The notes below the pieces were generated by a model. The model ran no database searches and had not been told where the DNA came from. It saw only the letters and a list, made by a program, of their open reading frames with translations. The translations under genes and the position numbers were made by a program. From an uncultured Rickettsiales bacterium (lineage in GTDB: Bacteria > Pseudomonadota > Alphaproteobacteria > Rs-D84), in NCBI GenBank assembly GCA_900550565.1, contig URSG01000004.1, forward strand, positions 1-52,438: DNA of 52,438 bases. The letters run 5' to 3'. Below are positions 40,479 through 52,300 of the stretch, piece by piece; the first letter of the stretch is position 1, and every line of letters starts with the position of its first letter.

Positions 40479-40617
40479 TTTTTCACCTTTTTTTAGTATC
40501 CTGATGGCAATGCCTGCCATTTCGGATTTGTTTTACTGCCGTCTAATTGTGGCATAATTAAAGGAAAAATCAAGTTTTTATTGAATATCTGATTTTAAGC
40601 GTTTAAACTGGTGACCG

Positions 40618-41439
40618 ATGAATCAAAATAAATTATCTTCGCGGGTGCAAACATTGATTAAATCGGCTGTCGCGGCCGCGGCATTACCGGTAATCTTTAT
40701 TTATATAATGATTGCAAAGCCTGATTACAGAATTATGAACGCAATGGGTCATATCGTTGTGCCTGTGGCGCACGCGGTCGGTGATGCAATTACGTGGCCT
40801 GTGCGTGCCACAGGAAACCTGGTTTCAAATATCCACGAATTGGCAAATCTGCGCACAGAAAACGAAGAATTACGCGTTCGCTTGGACGAAGCGTTGGCAA
40901 ATAAAAACGCCTGTGATGTTGCGATTGCTGAAAATCAAAAACTGTCACGTGAACTGGATATTGTAAATTCGCAACCGTACAAGACGATATTGGCGGATAT
41001 TATGCACGATACATCGGCGTTCCATCACAGCACGTTTTTGTTAAACAGGGGTACGCGTGACGGAATTGAACCTGGAATGGTGGTTGTATCGCCTGATTTA
41101 ACATTGGTTGGAATCGTGATTGATGTGGCGTCGGATTTTACGCGCGTTCGCGCACTGACAGATTCTGATTCAAATATCGCTGTGCGTATCGCCGGGTCCG
41201 AGGTGTATGGTTTTATGACCGGTACCGGTGGCAAATATCCTGTGATGGGATTTTTCAGTGACCCAGAATTTGAACCAACCCCAGGTATCAAGGTAATAAC
41301 CAGTAATATCAGTGGAATATTACCCGCAGGAATCATAGTTGGTGAAATGACACGTGATAATCACGTAAAAATTACACCGGTTAAAAAATTGTCCCGTGTA
41401 ATGGTTATGAAATTTAATACAACGCACGAATATAAATGA
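40618..41439 (+). CDS. mreC: rod shape-determining protein MreC
   Basis: N-terminal TM helix, coiled coil (LRTENEELRVRLDEA) and beta-rich domains. It lies upstream of mreD, PBP2 and rodA. Confidence 0.85.
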   Translation: MNQNKLSSRVQTLIKSAVAAAALPVIFIYIMIAKPDYRIMNAMGHIVVPVAHAVGDAITWPVRATGNLVSNIHELANLRTENEELRVRLDEALANKNACDVAIAENQKLSRELDIVNSQPYKTILADIMHDTSAFHHSTFLLNRGTRDGIEPGMVVVSPDLTLVGIVIDVASDFTRVRALTDSDSNIAVRIAGSEVYGFMTGTGGKYPVMGFFSDPEFEPTPGIKVITSNISGILPAGIIVGEMTRDNHVKITPVKKLSRVMVMKFNTTHEYK

Positions 41440-41894
41440 AAACAAATATTTTGAATTTTCTACGTCGCGTCACACCATTTCTATTGGTAATTGTGTTGTG
41501 GCGTTTGTCTGCGCCGATATGGAATCCGGCGGGCGTGTTGGCGTTAATACCGATATTTTATTGTTCTTTTGTGCGGCCAACACCGTGGTTTCCACTGGTA
41601 TCAATAATATTTTGTTTTTTAATAGATTATAATTCAAACACAACATTATTTTGGATGGCATTGTATTGCTTTACATACGCTGTAAATGGATTCCAGGGTT
41701 ATATTGACCTGGTCCGCGCGGCCGACCGTGCGTTTGTGCCGTTTGTAGTATTTTTTGGACTGGGGACATTGTTGTTGTTCTTTTCGCATCCTGGGTGGGC
41801 AAATCTGGGGCGTGAAATATGGACATTTGTTTGGACGGCGTTGTTATACACGCCAATTACCGCAGTAATACAAAGGGCGCAAAATGATAGATAA
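41436..41894 (+). CDS. mreD: rod shape-determining protein MreD-like membrane protein
   Basis: 152-aa polytopic membrane protein, overlapping mreC (ATGA) and PBP2. Confidence 0.6.
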   Translation: MKTNILNFLRRVTPFLLVIVLWRLSAPIWNPAGVLALIPIFYCSFVRPTPWFPLVSIIFCFLIDYNSNTTLFWMALYCFTYAVNGFQGYIDLVRAADRAFVPFVVFFGLGTLLLFFSHPGWANLGREIWTFVWTALLYTPITAVIQRAQNDR

Positions 41895-43659
41895 AGAAGT
41901 TGCCCGAACATTTGACCGTCGTGCCGCACTGTTTTTAACAACAGGGGCGGTTTTAACATCTGCGTTGGTTTTGCGTATGTTGCAGATGCAGGTTTTTAAT
42001 TATCGCGAATACACCCGTAAAAGTGAAAATAATTCGTTCCGTATCCAAATAAATATGCCAGAACGTGGCAAGATTATGTCTGCGTCTGGCACGCCAATAT
42101 CGCGCGATGCACCGATATATCGTATTTATATTATTCCCGAAGAGGCAACAGACCTGGACGCGTTGATTGAAACGGTGACGACTGAATTAAACCTGCGGCC
42201 AAAGCGCGTAGAAAAAATTCGTGCCAAGATAAAAAAGCAACCACGTTTTCAACCAGTATTGGTCAGTGAAAATACCAACTGGGAAAAATTGGCAAAATTA
42301 CAGGCACGTAATTTGCCGGGGTTGCGCGTGGCCAGTGGATTTGCGCGTGTGTATGAAATGGGGCCGGCCGGCGCCCAGGTGTTCGGCTATGTTGGTGCGC
42401 CAACAAATTCAATTTCAAATGCACCATTTTTTACCAGTGGTATCACGGGGCTGGAAAAACGTTTTGATGAATCATTGGCTGGAACGCCAGGCCAGACAGT
42501 TATGATTACCAACGCGGTTGGTCGTGTCACAGGCGAAGATAAATCACAATTTGTTGTCCCGGTGCCGGGGAAAAATCTGCAAACAACAATAAATGATGCG
42601 GCCCAGCGTAAATTATACGATGCATTGACGACATATCATGCCGGGTGTGGGGTTGCGCTGGAAATTGAAACAGGGAATATTTTGGCAATGGTATCTGCCC
42701 CCAGTTTTGACCCAAATGAATTTTCATCAGATGACGGTGATGAATATATTGCGTCCCTGCGCAGTGATGTGGCAAAACCATTTATGAACAAGGCCATAGA
42801 AGGATTATATCCACCGGGTTCTACGTTTAAAATTGTTGTGGCGTTGGCTGGGCTGGAATCAGGTGCCATCACGGCAACAGAAAAAATATTTTGTCCAGGA
42901 CATTGGGACTATGGTGACAGACGTTATCACTGTTGGGAATCAAAGGGTCACGGTTGGGTTGACTTGGCCGGGGCGTTAAAACATTCGTGCGACATTTATT
43001 TTTATCAAATTGCATTACGTATCGGTATTGATGCAATTCGTAAAATGGCAATAAAACTGGGGTTCACAGAAAAATATATGGACGATGTTTTGTCGCGTGA
43101 AATGTCGGGCGTTATCCCCGACAGATATTGGAAGGAAAAAAGTATCGGCGCGCGTTGGGTTCACGGTGATACAATTATTTCCGGCATCGGCCAGGGATTT
43201 ATCCTGGCAAATTGTCTGCAACTGGGGGTGATGATTTCGCGTGCGGTATCAAATCGCGTTGTGCGACCACGTTTAATTGCCACGGATAAAAATCCAGAAT
43301 TTGATTCTTTGGGGTTGCAACCACAAAATATAAAGTATGTAATGAACGGTCTGGAACAGGTGTTGCGTCCAGGGGGAACTGCCGCCGGCAGCGCGATAAA
43401 TGTTGATGGTGCAAAAATGGGTGGAAAAACCGGAACGTCCCAGGTGCGCAGTATTTCCAAGGCCGAACGTAAAAGCGGTGTTTTGACCAATGAACAATTA
43501 AAGTGGAATATGCGCAATCACGGTCTGTTTGTTGGGTACGCACCATTGAACAACCCAAAATACGCAGTATGCGTTATCACAGAACACAGTGGTGGCAGTG
43601 GCAGTGCCGCCCGCACCGCGGCCGCGGTTATGCGCGAATTATTAAAGGGTAATAAATAA
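41884..43659 (+). CDS. mrdA: penicillin-binding protein 2 (elongasome transpeptidase)
   Basis: STFK, SCD (the SxN-equivalent) and KTGT motifs, with an N-terminal anchor. Confidence 0.92.
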   Translation: MIDKEVARTFDRRAALFLTTGAVLTSALVLRMLQMQVFNYREYTRKSENNSFRIQINMPERGKIMSASGTPISRDAPIYRIYIIPEEATDLDALIETVTTELNLRPKRVEKIRAKIKKQPRFQPVLVSENTNWEKLAKLQARNLPGLRVASGFARVYEMGPAGAQVFGYVGAPTNSISNAPFFTSGITGLEKRFDESLAGTPGQTVMITNAVGRVTGEDKSQFVVPVPGKNLQTTINDAAQRKLYDALTTYHAGCGVALEIETGNILAMVSAPSFDPNEFSSDDGDEYIASLRSDVAKPFMNKAIEGLYPPGSTFKIVVALAGLESGAITATEKIFCPGHWDYGDRRYHCWESKGHGWVDLAGALKHSCDIYFYQIALRIGIDAIRKMAIKLGFTEKYMDDVLSREMSGVIPDRYWKEKSIGARWVHGDTIISGIGQGFILANCLQLGVMISRAVSNRVVRPRLIATDKNPEFDSLGLQPQNIKYVMNGLEQVLRPGGTAAGSAINVDGAKMGGKTGTSQVRSISKAERKSGVLTNEQLKWNMRNHGLFVGYAPLNNPKYAVCVITEHSGGSGSAARTAAAVMRELLKGNK

Positions 43660-43660
43660 T

Positions 43661-44806
43661 ATGGCACGACAGACACGCGTTTCTAATGCAGATATGATGA
43701 CGTTTTCTGAAAAACTGTCGCGGTTTTCGGTTGCGTTGTTTATACCTATGTGTTTGGTGTTGGCGATATCTATTGTTGTGTTGTATTCGGCCGGTGGTGG
43801 CGCGTGGCAACCGTTTGCACTGTCGCAACTGGTAAAAATATTGTTGGGTTTTGTTGTATTTTTCTTTGCGGCGTTTTCTAATATCAAGACCTGGATAAAA
43901 TCTGCGTATATGATTTATGCGATTGCGCTGATAATGATTATATTGGTGACGTTTGTCGGACATACTGGTATGGGCGCACAGCGTTGGTTAAATCTGGGGA
44001 TTATTCATATTCAGCCGTCTGAATTTATAAAGATTGCGCTGGTTTTGGCGTTGGCGCGTTATTTTGCCTGGATGAATTCTATTGAATTGTCACAACTGAA
44101 AAACTATATCGTCCCAGTTTTAATGTTGCTGATACCGTTTGGATTGATTGTTGCCCAGCCTGACCTGGGGACAGCGTTGTCTTTGGGTATGATTACGATG
44201 GGTGTTTTTTATATTGTTGGCGCCCAGAAAAAGTGGTTTATTATCATCGCAATATTGGGATTGATGTCCGCGCCTGTGGTGTGGTATGGCGGTCTGCACG
44301 ATTATCAACGTGACCGTATAATTACGTTTATTGACCCAGACCACGATGCACGTGGCGCAGGCTATCAGATAAACCAGGCAAAAATTGCATTTGGTTCTGG
44401 TGGCATTATGGGCAAGGGTTATTTAAACGGTTCACAGTCACAGCAATCATTTTTGCCAGAAAAACAGACTGATTTTATATTTACAATGTTGGGCGAAGAA
44501 TTGGGATTCTTTGGTGCGTTTATATTACTTGCGATATATACGTGGATAATTTTGGTGCTGTTTTGGTGCGCGAAAATGTGCCGCAACAGATTTGGGCAAC
44601 TTATCTGTTTTGGTTTTATGTTGAACTTTTTCATTTATTATTTTATAAATATTTCTATGGTTTTGGGACTGATGCCGACCGTTGGGGTGCCGTTGCCGTT
44701 GATGTCGTTTGGTGGCAGCAGTTTGTTATCACTGATGTTTGGATTTGGTCTGGCCCAAAATGCACATATTCACAAGGATCAACAATTATCTGCCAGGGGG
44801 AGTTAG
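43661..44806 (+). CDS. rodA: SEDS peptidoglycan polymerase RodA
   Basis: FtsW/RodA/SpoVE family, ~10 TM helices, and the context after PBP2. Confidence 0.92.
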   Translation: MARQTRVSNADMMTFSEKLSRFSVALFIPMCLVLAISIVVLYSAGGGAWQPFALSQLVKILLGFVVFFFAAFSNIKTWIKSAYMIYAIALIMIILVTFVGHTGMGAQRWLNLGIIHIQPSEFIKIALVLALARYFAWMNSIELSQLKNYIVPVLMLLIPFGLIVAQPDLGTALSLGMITMGVFYIVGAQKKWFIIIAILGLMSAPVVWYGGLHDYQRDRIITFIDPDHDARGAGYQINQAKIAFGSGGIMGKGYLNGSQSQQSFLPEKQTDFIFTMLGEELGFFGAFILLAIYTWIILVLFWCAKMCRNRFGQLICFGFMLNFFIYYFINISMVLGLMPTVGVPLPLMSFGGSSLLSLMFGFGLAQNAHIHKDQQLSARGS

Positions 44807-44812
44807 AAGGCT

Positions 44813-47071
44813 ATGAATTTACTGATTGTGGAATCACCATCCAAGGCAAAAACAATAGAAAAATATCTGGGGACAGGTTGGCGTGTAATTGCGTCTGTTG
44901 GACATGTTCGTGACCTGGTGCCTGAAAATGGCAGTGTTGATACCACGCATAATTTTGATATGAAATGGCAAATTATGCCGGGCAAGGAAAAGCAGATTAA
45001 ACTGATAATTGATGAATTAAAAAAAGCAGATGCAGTATATCTGGCATCGGACCCTGACCGCGAAGGCGAGGCGATTGCGTGGCATATTTTGGATATATTA
45101 AAGGCGAAAAAGGTTTTATCTGGTAAAAAGGTATATCGTGTCGCATTCCACGAAATTACAAAAAAGGCCGTGCAAAACGCGATTGAAAATCCACGCGAAA
45201 TTGACCAGAATTTGGTTGATGCGTATATGGTGCGTCGTGCATTAGATTACCTGATTGGATTCGGTATTTCGCCATTGCTGTGGCGGCGCAATCTGGGTAA
45301 ATCGGCCGGTCGTGTGCAATCGGTGGCGGTAAAATTGGTTGTTGACCGCGAACGCGAAATAGAAGCGTTCAAACCCGTTGAATATTGGTCGCTGGCGGCG
45401 ATATGTAATGCCCAAGATTCTGATTTTAATGCGAATTTGATTTCGGTGGCGAATAAAAAAATTGACAAGATGACCATTGAAAACAAATCCCAGATGGATA
45501 ACATTTTGTCGCAAATTGGCACACCTGAAATTCCTGCGACGGTTATTGCGATTGACAAGAAAAAAACATCACGTCGTGCCGCTGCGCCATTTACAACCAG
45601 CACACTGCAACAAGAGGCGGCGCGTAAATTATACTTTGCGTCAAAGCGCACAATGGGCGTCGCCCAGAAACTGTATGAACAGGGTTTAATTACATATATG
45701 CGAACCGACGCAACAAACCTGTCGGCGGACGCGGTAAACGATATTCGTGCATACATAGGTAAAACATACGGTGAAAAATTTGTTCCAAAAACACCAAATG
45801 TTTATGTCACAAAATCTAAAAATGCCCAAGAGGCGCACGAGGCGATTCGCCCCACGCACTTTGATGGCACTGCGCCGAAATTGACCGGGGACGAGGCCAA
45901 GTTATATGACCTGATATGGAAACGCACAATCGCGTGTCAAATGACCAACGCAGAATTTGACAGTGTCGCCCTGGATATAGAAAACAATGCACATACAGCC
46001 GTTTTTCACGCAGTTGGAACAACACGCACATTTGATGGATTTATGCGCGTTTATACCGAATCCCACGATGATGATGTGGACGCCAAAGAATCAAAATTAC
46101 CACCATTGTCTGTTGGCGATGTTGTGACGATACGTGAATTGGCCCCGGAACAACATTTCACACAGCCCCCTGCCCGTTATACCGAAGCGTCATTGGTTAA
46201 AAAACTGGAAGAACTAGGAATCGGCCGTCCATCAACGTATGCGACAATTATGTCCACGATTGTTGACCGTGGCTATGTTGAACAGGATAAACAGCGTCGT
46301 TTTCATCCGACCTCTGGTGGTTGGGTTATCGCGGCGTATTTGGCAAAATACTTTGATGAATTGGTTGATGTAAATTTCACCGCAAAAACCGAAGATACCT
46401 TGGACGATGTATCAAACGGCAAACGTGATAAAATTGCCGCACTGCGCGCATTCTGGACACCAACAGAATCAATGATTGATGGTGCGCGTGGGGTAAAAAC
46501 AACCGAAATTATTGACCAGATAAATGATGTTATGCATAATCATTTGTTCCCAGATGGTAATGATAAATGTCCAAAGTGTGGTGGAAAACTGGGGATAAAA
46601 TTGTCTAAGTTTGGTGCGTTTATTGGGTGTGAAAATTATCCAACGTGTGATTATACGGCGCGCCTGGGCGCGGCACCAGCGACCACCGATGGCGATGACA
46701 CCGCAACGCGGCCGGCACCAACATCGGTTGATTTGGGCGACGGCATATCGTTCCGTGTGGGACGTTTTGGTCCATACGTGACAGACGGTGCAAAAAACGC
46801 ATCTGCAAAACAATATACGGCAGAAACAATCACACTGGACGTGGCGCGCAAATTACTGGCCGGTGGCCCTAAAAAAGCAGACCCGATTGAACTGGGGAAA
46901 AATCCGGCGACGGATAAAATGATTTATTATTATCCAACGGGACGCTATGGTGCGTATATTTCGTCAAACCGCATTAATGTTTCTGTCAAAGAACAACCGG
47001 ATTTGGCCACAGCGATTGAATTGATAAATAACAAGAAACCGTCCACGCGGTTTCGCAAGAAAACAAAGTAA
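44813..47071 (+). CDS. topA: DNA topoisomerase I
   Basis: Toprim domain (LLIVESPSKAKTIEKYLG), the catalytic region ITYMRTD and a C-terminal Zn ribbon (CPKCGG...CENYPTC). Confidence 0.96.
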   Translation: MNLLIVESPSKAKTIEKYLGTGWRVIASVGHVRDLVPENGSVDTTHNFDMKWQIMPGKEKQIKLIIDELKKADAVYLASDPDREGEAIAWHILDILKAKKVLSGKKVYRVAFHEITKKAVQNAIENPREIDQNLVDAYMVRRALDYLIGFGISPLLWRRNLGKSAGRVQSVAVKLVVDREREIEAFKPVEYWSLAAICNAQDSDFNANLISVANKKIDKMTIENKSQMDNILSQIGTPEIPATVIAIDKKKTSRRAAAPFTTSTLQQEAARKLYFASKRTMGVAQKLYEQGLITYMRTDATNLSADAVNDIRAYIGKTYGEKFVPKTPNVYVTKSKNAQEAHEAIRPTHFDGTAPKLTGDEAKLYDLIWKRTIACQMTNAEFDSVALDIENNAHTAVFHAVGTTRTFDGFMRVYTESHDDDVDAKESKLPPLSVGDVVTIRELAPEQHFTQPPARYTEASLVKKLEELGIGRPSTYATIMSTIVDRGYVEQDKQRRFHPTSGGWVIAAYLAKYFDELVDVNFTAKTEDTLDDVSNGKRDKIAALRAFWTPTESMIDGARGVKTTEIIDQINDVMHNHLFPDGNDKCPKCGGKLGIKLSKFGAFIGCENYPTCDYTARLGAAPATTDGDDTATRPAPTSVDLGDGISFRVGRFGPYVTDGAKNASAKQYTAETITLDVARKLLAGGPKKADPIELGKNPATDKMIYYYPTGRYGAYISSNRINVSVKEQPDLATAIELINNKKPSTRFRKKTK

Positions 47072-48687
47072 TGGCAAATTACGATAAAAATTTTACCGAT
47101 GAACTGCGCGCACGTCTGTCAATTGTGGATGTGGTATCACGGCGCGTGCCATTGACGAAAAAGGGTCAAAACTACTGGGGCTGTTGTCCATTTCACAATG
47201 AAAAAACGCCCAGTTTTTCTGTCAACGAAGACAAGGGATTCTATCACTGTTTTGGTTGTGGCGAACACGGCGATATTATTTCGTTCACAATGAAATCTGA
47301 AAACGTCGGCTTTGTTGACGCAATCAAAGAATTGGCAGAAATGGCCGGATTAAAATTGCCAGAATTCAAACCGCGTGACCCGGCGGTTGTTCAACGCGAA
47401 GAATCATATTTTGATATTACTGAACGTGCGGCGGCTGAATACCAGAAACAGTTATTTACGCCCACAGGCGCGGTTGCGTTGGAATACATACGTGGGCGCG
47501 GTTTTACCGACGAAATGATAAAGAAATATCGTCTGGGGTATGCGCCAAAAAATAATTTAATCGCAAATAAATTTGTAAATACCAAGCAAGACGTTCTGAT
47601 TGGCACAGGATTGTGTCGGCGTGGCGATTATGGAATGTATGATTTCTTTCGCGATAAATTGATGTTCCCGATTTTTTCTGCACGTGGCCAGGTTGTTGCG
47701 TTTTCTGGGCGCAGTCTGGACGGGTCTGAACCCAAATATATCAACACCGCAGATACGGAAATATTTCATAAACGCAAAACTATTTTTGGATTTAACTTTG
47801 CCCGGGACAGTATTCATCGCAATAATCGCACCATTATCGTAGAGGGTCAAATTGACGCAATTCAAATGCAGTGTCACGGGTTTCCAGAAACGGTCGCGCC
47901 ATTGGGGACTGCGTTGACCGAAGACCACCTGGCGATATTATGCAAGGCAAACAGAAATATTGTGTTTTGCTTTGACGGCGATACGGCCGGACAAAAGGCG
48001 GCGGCGCGTGCGGCAAACCTGGTATTGCCGTTTATTCGCGATAACTCGGATATTAAATTTGCATTTGTCACAGGTGGCAAAGACCCAGATGAAATATTAA
48101 AAAAATCTGGCAAAGACGCGATGGACACAATAATAAACAACGCGACAGGATTGACGGATTTTATATGGGAAATTGCAAACAAAAATTATATCGTATCAAC
48201 ACCTGGGGGACGCGCCCAGGCGGAAAAATTCTTGAAATCACAAACGGATAAAATCACTGATATTGCGTTGCGCGCAGAATACGAAAAAGAATATAATTCG
48301 CGTAAATTTAACCAGTGGCATAAATGGTCACGCAAACCAAACACGCCAGAAATCGCAGTGCCGGAAATTGACGCAATTACGCGTAATACATTGGTGTTTA
48401 TCACGAACAAATATCCTGATGTTGCCGAACGCTATGCTGAATTTTTGGCAACGTTGAATATATCGCTGGACGGCGATGCGCCGGAATTAAACCTGGACGC
48501 GGTGGCGGCGGAAAAATATATTGTTTCATTAAAATTGCAAAAATATCTGGAACGTCTGCGCAATGAACAAAAAGAATTGACTGCGGCGGCCCTGGGTGGT
48601 GACGCTGGGGCGACTGAAAAATTGGCGACAATAAATTCTGAAATTGCCCGTATAACAGATAAACAAGACCAACTGATTTCAATGTAA
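47071..48687 (+). CDS. dnaG: DNA primase
   Basis: Zn finger CCPFHNEKTPSF...CFGCGEHGD and Toprim EGQIDAI. There is a TAATG overlap with topA. Confidence 0.95.
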   Translation: MANYDKNFTDELRARLSIVDVVSRRVPLTKKGQNYWGCCPFHNEKTPSFSVNEDKGFYHCFGCGEHGDIISFTMKSENVGFVDAIKELAEMAGLKLPEFKPRDPAVVQREESYFDITERAAAEYQKQLFTPTGAVALEYIRGRGFTDEMIKKYRLGYAPKNNLIANKFVNTKQDVLIGTGLCRRGDYGMYDFFRDKLMFPIFSARGQVVAFSGRSLDGSEPKYINTADTEIFHKRKTIFGFNFARDSIHRNNRTIIVEGQIDAIQMQCHGFPETVAPLGTALTEDHLAILCKANRNIVFCFDGDTAGQKAAARAANLVLPFIRDNSDIKFAFVTGGKDPDEILKKSGKDAMDTIINNATGLTDFIWEIANKNYIVSTPGGRAQAEKFLKSQTDKITDIALRAEYEKEYNSRKFNQWHKWSRKPNTPEIAVPEIDAITRNTLVFITNKYPDVAERYAEFLATLNISLDGDAPELNLDAVAAEKYIVSLKLQKYLERLRNEQKELTAAALGGDAGATEKLATINSEIARITDKQDQLISM

Positions 48688-48694
48688 TAAATAT

Positions 48695-49351
48695 TTATAT
48701 CGTTTTGTCGCGGGCGGTGCAAATATGTGCAACCGGACATTCAGCGCACTTTGGGCGCAGTGCGCGACAAATATATCGCCCGTGCAAAACCATCACGTGA
48801 TTGCAAATCGCGTGATATTTTTTTGGAATTTTTTTTAACAGTTCAGATTCAACGCGTTCTGGTGTGTTGGCGTCTGCCCCAACCCAGCCATAACGATGTG
48901 CGTTGCGAAAAACGTGTGTATCAACACCGATGTTCGGTGCGTCCCACAAAACGTTCATAACAACATTTGCAGTTTTTTGCCCAATGCCAGGTAATTTCAT
49001 CAATTCATCGCGGTTATGAAATTTTGCCGGGAATTTATAATTTATATCATCGTTGCCGTCGTATTCCATCAGTTGCGACGCCAGGCCGATGATGCTTTTC
49101 GCCTTGTTATTAAAAAATGAAATTACGCGAATATGTTGTTTTAATGCATCAATCCCCAGTGCAATCATTTTTGCCGGCGTTGGTGCAATCTGAAACAAAG
49201 CCGGCGTCACTTCGTTGACCTTTTTATCAGTTGCCTGGGCCGACAAAATGACAGCCACGGCGAACGTAAATTCGTTTATGAAATATAATTCAGAACGAAT
49301 ACCCATATTCAGCCGTGACGGAACAATTTCAAAATATTGTTTTGGTGTCAT
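48695..49351 (-). CDS. nth: endonuclease III
   Basis: HhH LPGIGQKTANVV, VDTHVFR and the 4Fe-4S cluster pattern C-x6-C-x2-C-x5-C. Confidence 0.93.
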   Translation of the reverse strand: MTPKQYFEIVPSRLNMGIRSELYFINEFTFAVAVILSAQATDKKVNEVTPALFQIAPTPAKMIALGIDALKQHIRVISFFNNKAKSIIGLASQLMEYDGNDDINYKFPAKFHNRDELMKLPGIGQKTANVVMNVLWDAPNIGVDTHVFRNAHRYGWVGADANTPERVESELLKKIPKKYHAICNHVMVLHGRYICRALRPKCAECPVAHICTARDKTI

Positions 49352-52300
49352 TTATGCCTTTTGAATTCCAATGGTGATTGCATAACCTTCTATTTGGGTT
49401 TCGTATTCGCCATCGCCACGTGTCATTTCAACAACCAGCGCGTCCGACATAATGCGCGCACGATGCGCGTCTATGGCTGCGGCCAGCGCGGGGTCTGCGT
49501 TATAGGTCAGTTTGATTCGGTCTGAAACGTCCAGACCGGCGGCCTTGCGCGAATCTTGGATAAATCGCAGGGCGTCGTTCGCCAACCCTTCGGCAACCAG
49601 TTCGGCGTTCATTTCTGTATCCAGAACAACAACCGCGGTGTTATCTGGCAATGCGGCACCGGTAATACCCGGCAACACCGTCAGACGATTTTCAAATTCA
49701 TCGGCGTTCAATGTGTGTGCGCCAACAATCAATTTATCGCCAGAAATTTCGTATGCACCCTGCTTTACCGCTGGGATAATTTCACGCAACGCGCCACCCA
49801 AACGCGCACCGATTTTTGGTGTAATCAGATACACAAAACTGTCTGCGACGCTGGAAATATTCGGCGTGAAATCTATGTGTTTAGCATTTAATTCGTCGGC
49901 AATAATTTCGGCGTATGTGTGCAAATCACTGCCTGCGATTGTGATTTTAGAAATTGGCAAACGATTGCGTAATTTGTATTGTTCACGCAACTGTTTTCCA
50001 ACCGATACAACCGATTGCACACGGCGCATATCGCGGACGATCGCGTCGTCTGTGTCTGTGGCGACCGGGAACGATTGCAAATGCACAGATTCATTGTTCG
50101 TCAGGTTTTTGTAAATATATTCACTGATAAACGGTGCAAACGGTGCCAGACACTTGCACACAGTGGTCAACACATAGTGCAACGTGTTAAACGCGTCCAC
50201 ATCTTCGTCCCAGAAACGTTCACGTGACCGACGGATATACCAGTTGTTCAAAATGTCCAAGAATCGCACGAATTCTTTGATTGCGACATCTGGTTTATAT
50301 TCGTCCAGTGCGTCACCTGTCACGCGAATCAGTTCGTTTAATTCGGCAACGATGTATTTGTCCAATACGTTGCCGTTTGCAACGCTGTCATTTGCGGTGA
50401 TGCCACCTGCGTTTGCATACAATGTAAAGAAATGATACGCATTCCACAATGGTGTCAGGATTGTTTTTGTGGCGTCACTGAATACCTTGCCTGCCATATC
50501 AATAGACACCGGTTCGGCCTTCATAAAACCGGACCCCAGAATAAACAAACGAATTGCGTCCGCCCCAGATTGTTCAATCTGCTGTTCTGGGTTCACAAAA
50601 TTGCCAACGGATTTTGATAATTTCTTTTTATGTTCGTCAACAATCATACCGTTTGCCGATACCGTGCGGAACGCCGGCGCGTCAAACAATGCAGTTGCCA
50701 TCACCATCAGTGAATAAAACCAACCACGGGTTTGATCTTGGCCTTCTATGATATAATCGGCCGGGAAAGTTGCCGCGAATTTATCGGCATTTTCAAACGG
50801 ATAATGCAATGACGCAAACGGCATAGAGCCTGATTCAACCCAGCAATCCAAAACGTCTGGGATACGTTTCCAGCCGTCTTTTTCCAATGCGTCCAATGTC
50901 GGCCGATGCAGGTCGTTTATTTTCACGCCAAAGAATTCTTCTATTTCTGCAATAGAACCAAATATTTTGTATTCGCCGTCGCGTGTCCATATCGGCAGTG
51001 GTGTCCCCCAAAAACGGTTGCGCGAAATTGACCACGGACGTGCGCCTTCTATCCAGGTTAAAAACCGGTCGCCGGCCGATGTCCATTTTGTTTGAGACTT
51101 GGTAATTTCAACCAGGCGATTACGGATTTTCGGCACATCAATATACCACGAGTCTGTTGCGCGATAAATCAGTTTTTCCTTGCTGCGTGGGCCATAGGGA
51201 TATGAATGACGATGTTGTTCTTTTTTTACCAAATGACCATTTTCACGCAGGTGCGCGATAACCTTGGGGTTTGCGTCAAAAATATTTTCACCGGCCCAAT
51301 CGCGAACGTCTGGGGTATAGTTGCCGTAATCATCAACGTTTAATAAAACAGGAAATTTCGGGTCAATGTTTTTTGCCGCCCAAAAGTCATCTTCGCCGTA
51401 TGCAGGTGCGATATGCACAATGCCCGTCCCGTCGCCATCAGAAACATAGTCCGCCGGGATTATTTGATACAATAAATCAGATGTGTTGGCGTAATAGTCA
51501 AACAATGGTTTGTATTTCAATCCAACCAAATCGCGGCCAGACACCACGCCAATCTGGGTTGCGTTTGCAAATTGCTTTTCATACGCGGCCAGGCGTGATT
51601 CTGCGATAACATAAACCGCACCATCGGCGTCCTGCATACGCAGATATTTCATATCTGGATTCACGGCCAACGCACTGTTCGCAGGCAATGTCCACGGCGT
51701 TGTTGTCCACGCCAATGCGCGGTCGCCATTTTCCAGTTCAAACCACACAGTGATTGCGTCGTCTGTCACATCTTGGTATTCGCTGGACGCTTCGGAATTA
51801 GATAATACAGTTCCCAGTTTCCAATCAAATGGATTTACGCGATAATCTTTGTATAACAGACCACGATTATGTAATTCTTTTATCGCCCAGATAACAGATT
51901 CCATATAGTTTTTATCCATTGTGCGATAGCCATAGTTATCGCCACCATCAACCCAACGACCAATGCGTTCAATAAATTTCAGCCATTCGTTGGAATATGT
52001 CATAACGTCGCTGCGGCACATATCACAGAACGCAGCAATTCCGTCTGTTGCGACAATATCTTTGGCCTGGCGATGTTGCTTTTTTTCAACCGATGATTCA
52101 GCCGGCAATCCGTGACAGTCCCAGCCCAATTCGCGCACAACATAACGTCCGCGCATTGTTTGATAACGTGCAACCATATCCTTGACCGCCGACACCCCCA
52201 GATGTCCCCAGTGTGGCAAACCGTTTGCAAACGGTGGCCCGTCATAGAACGAAAACGGGTGTCCCTGTTTTGTTTTGTTCAAGGATTTATGGAACGTATC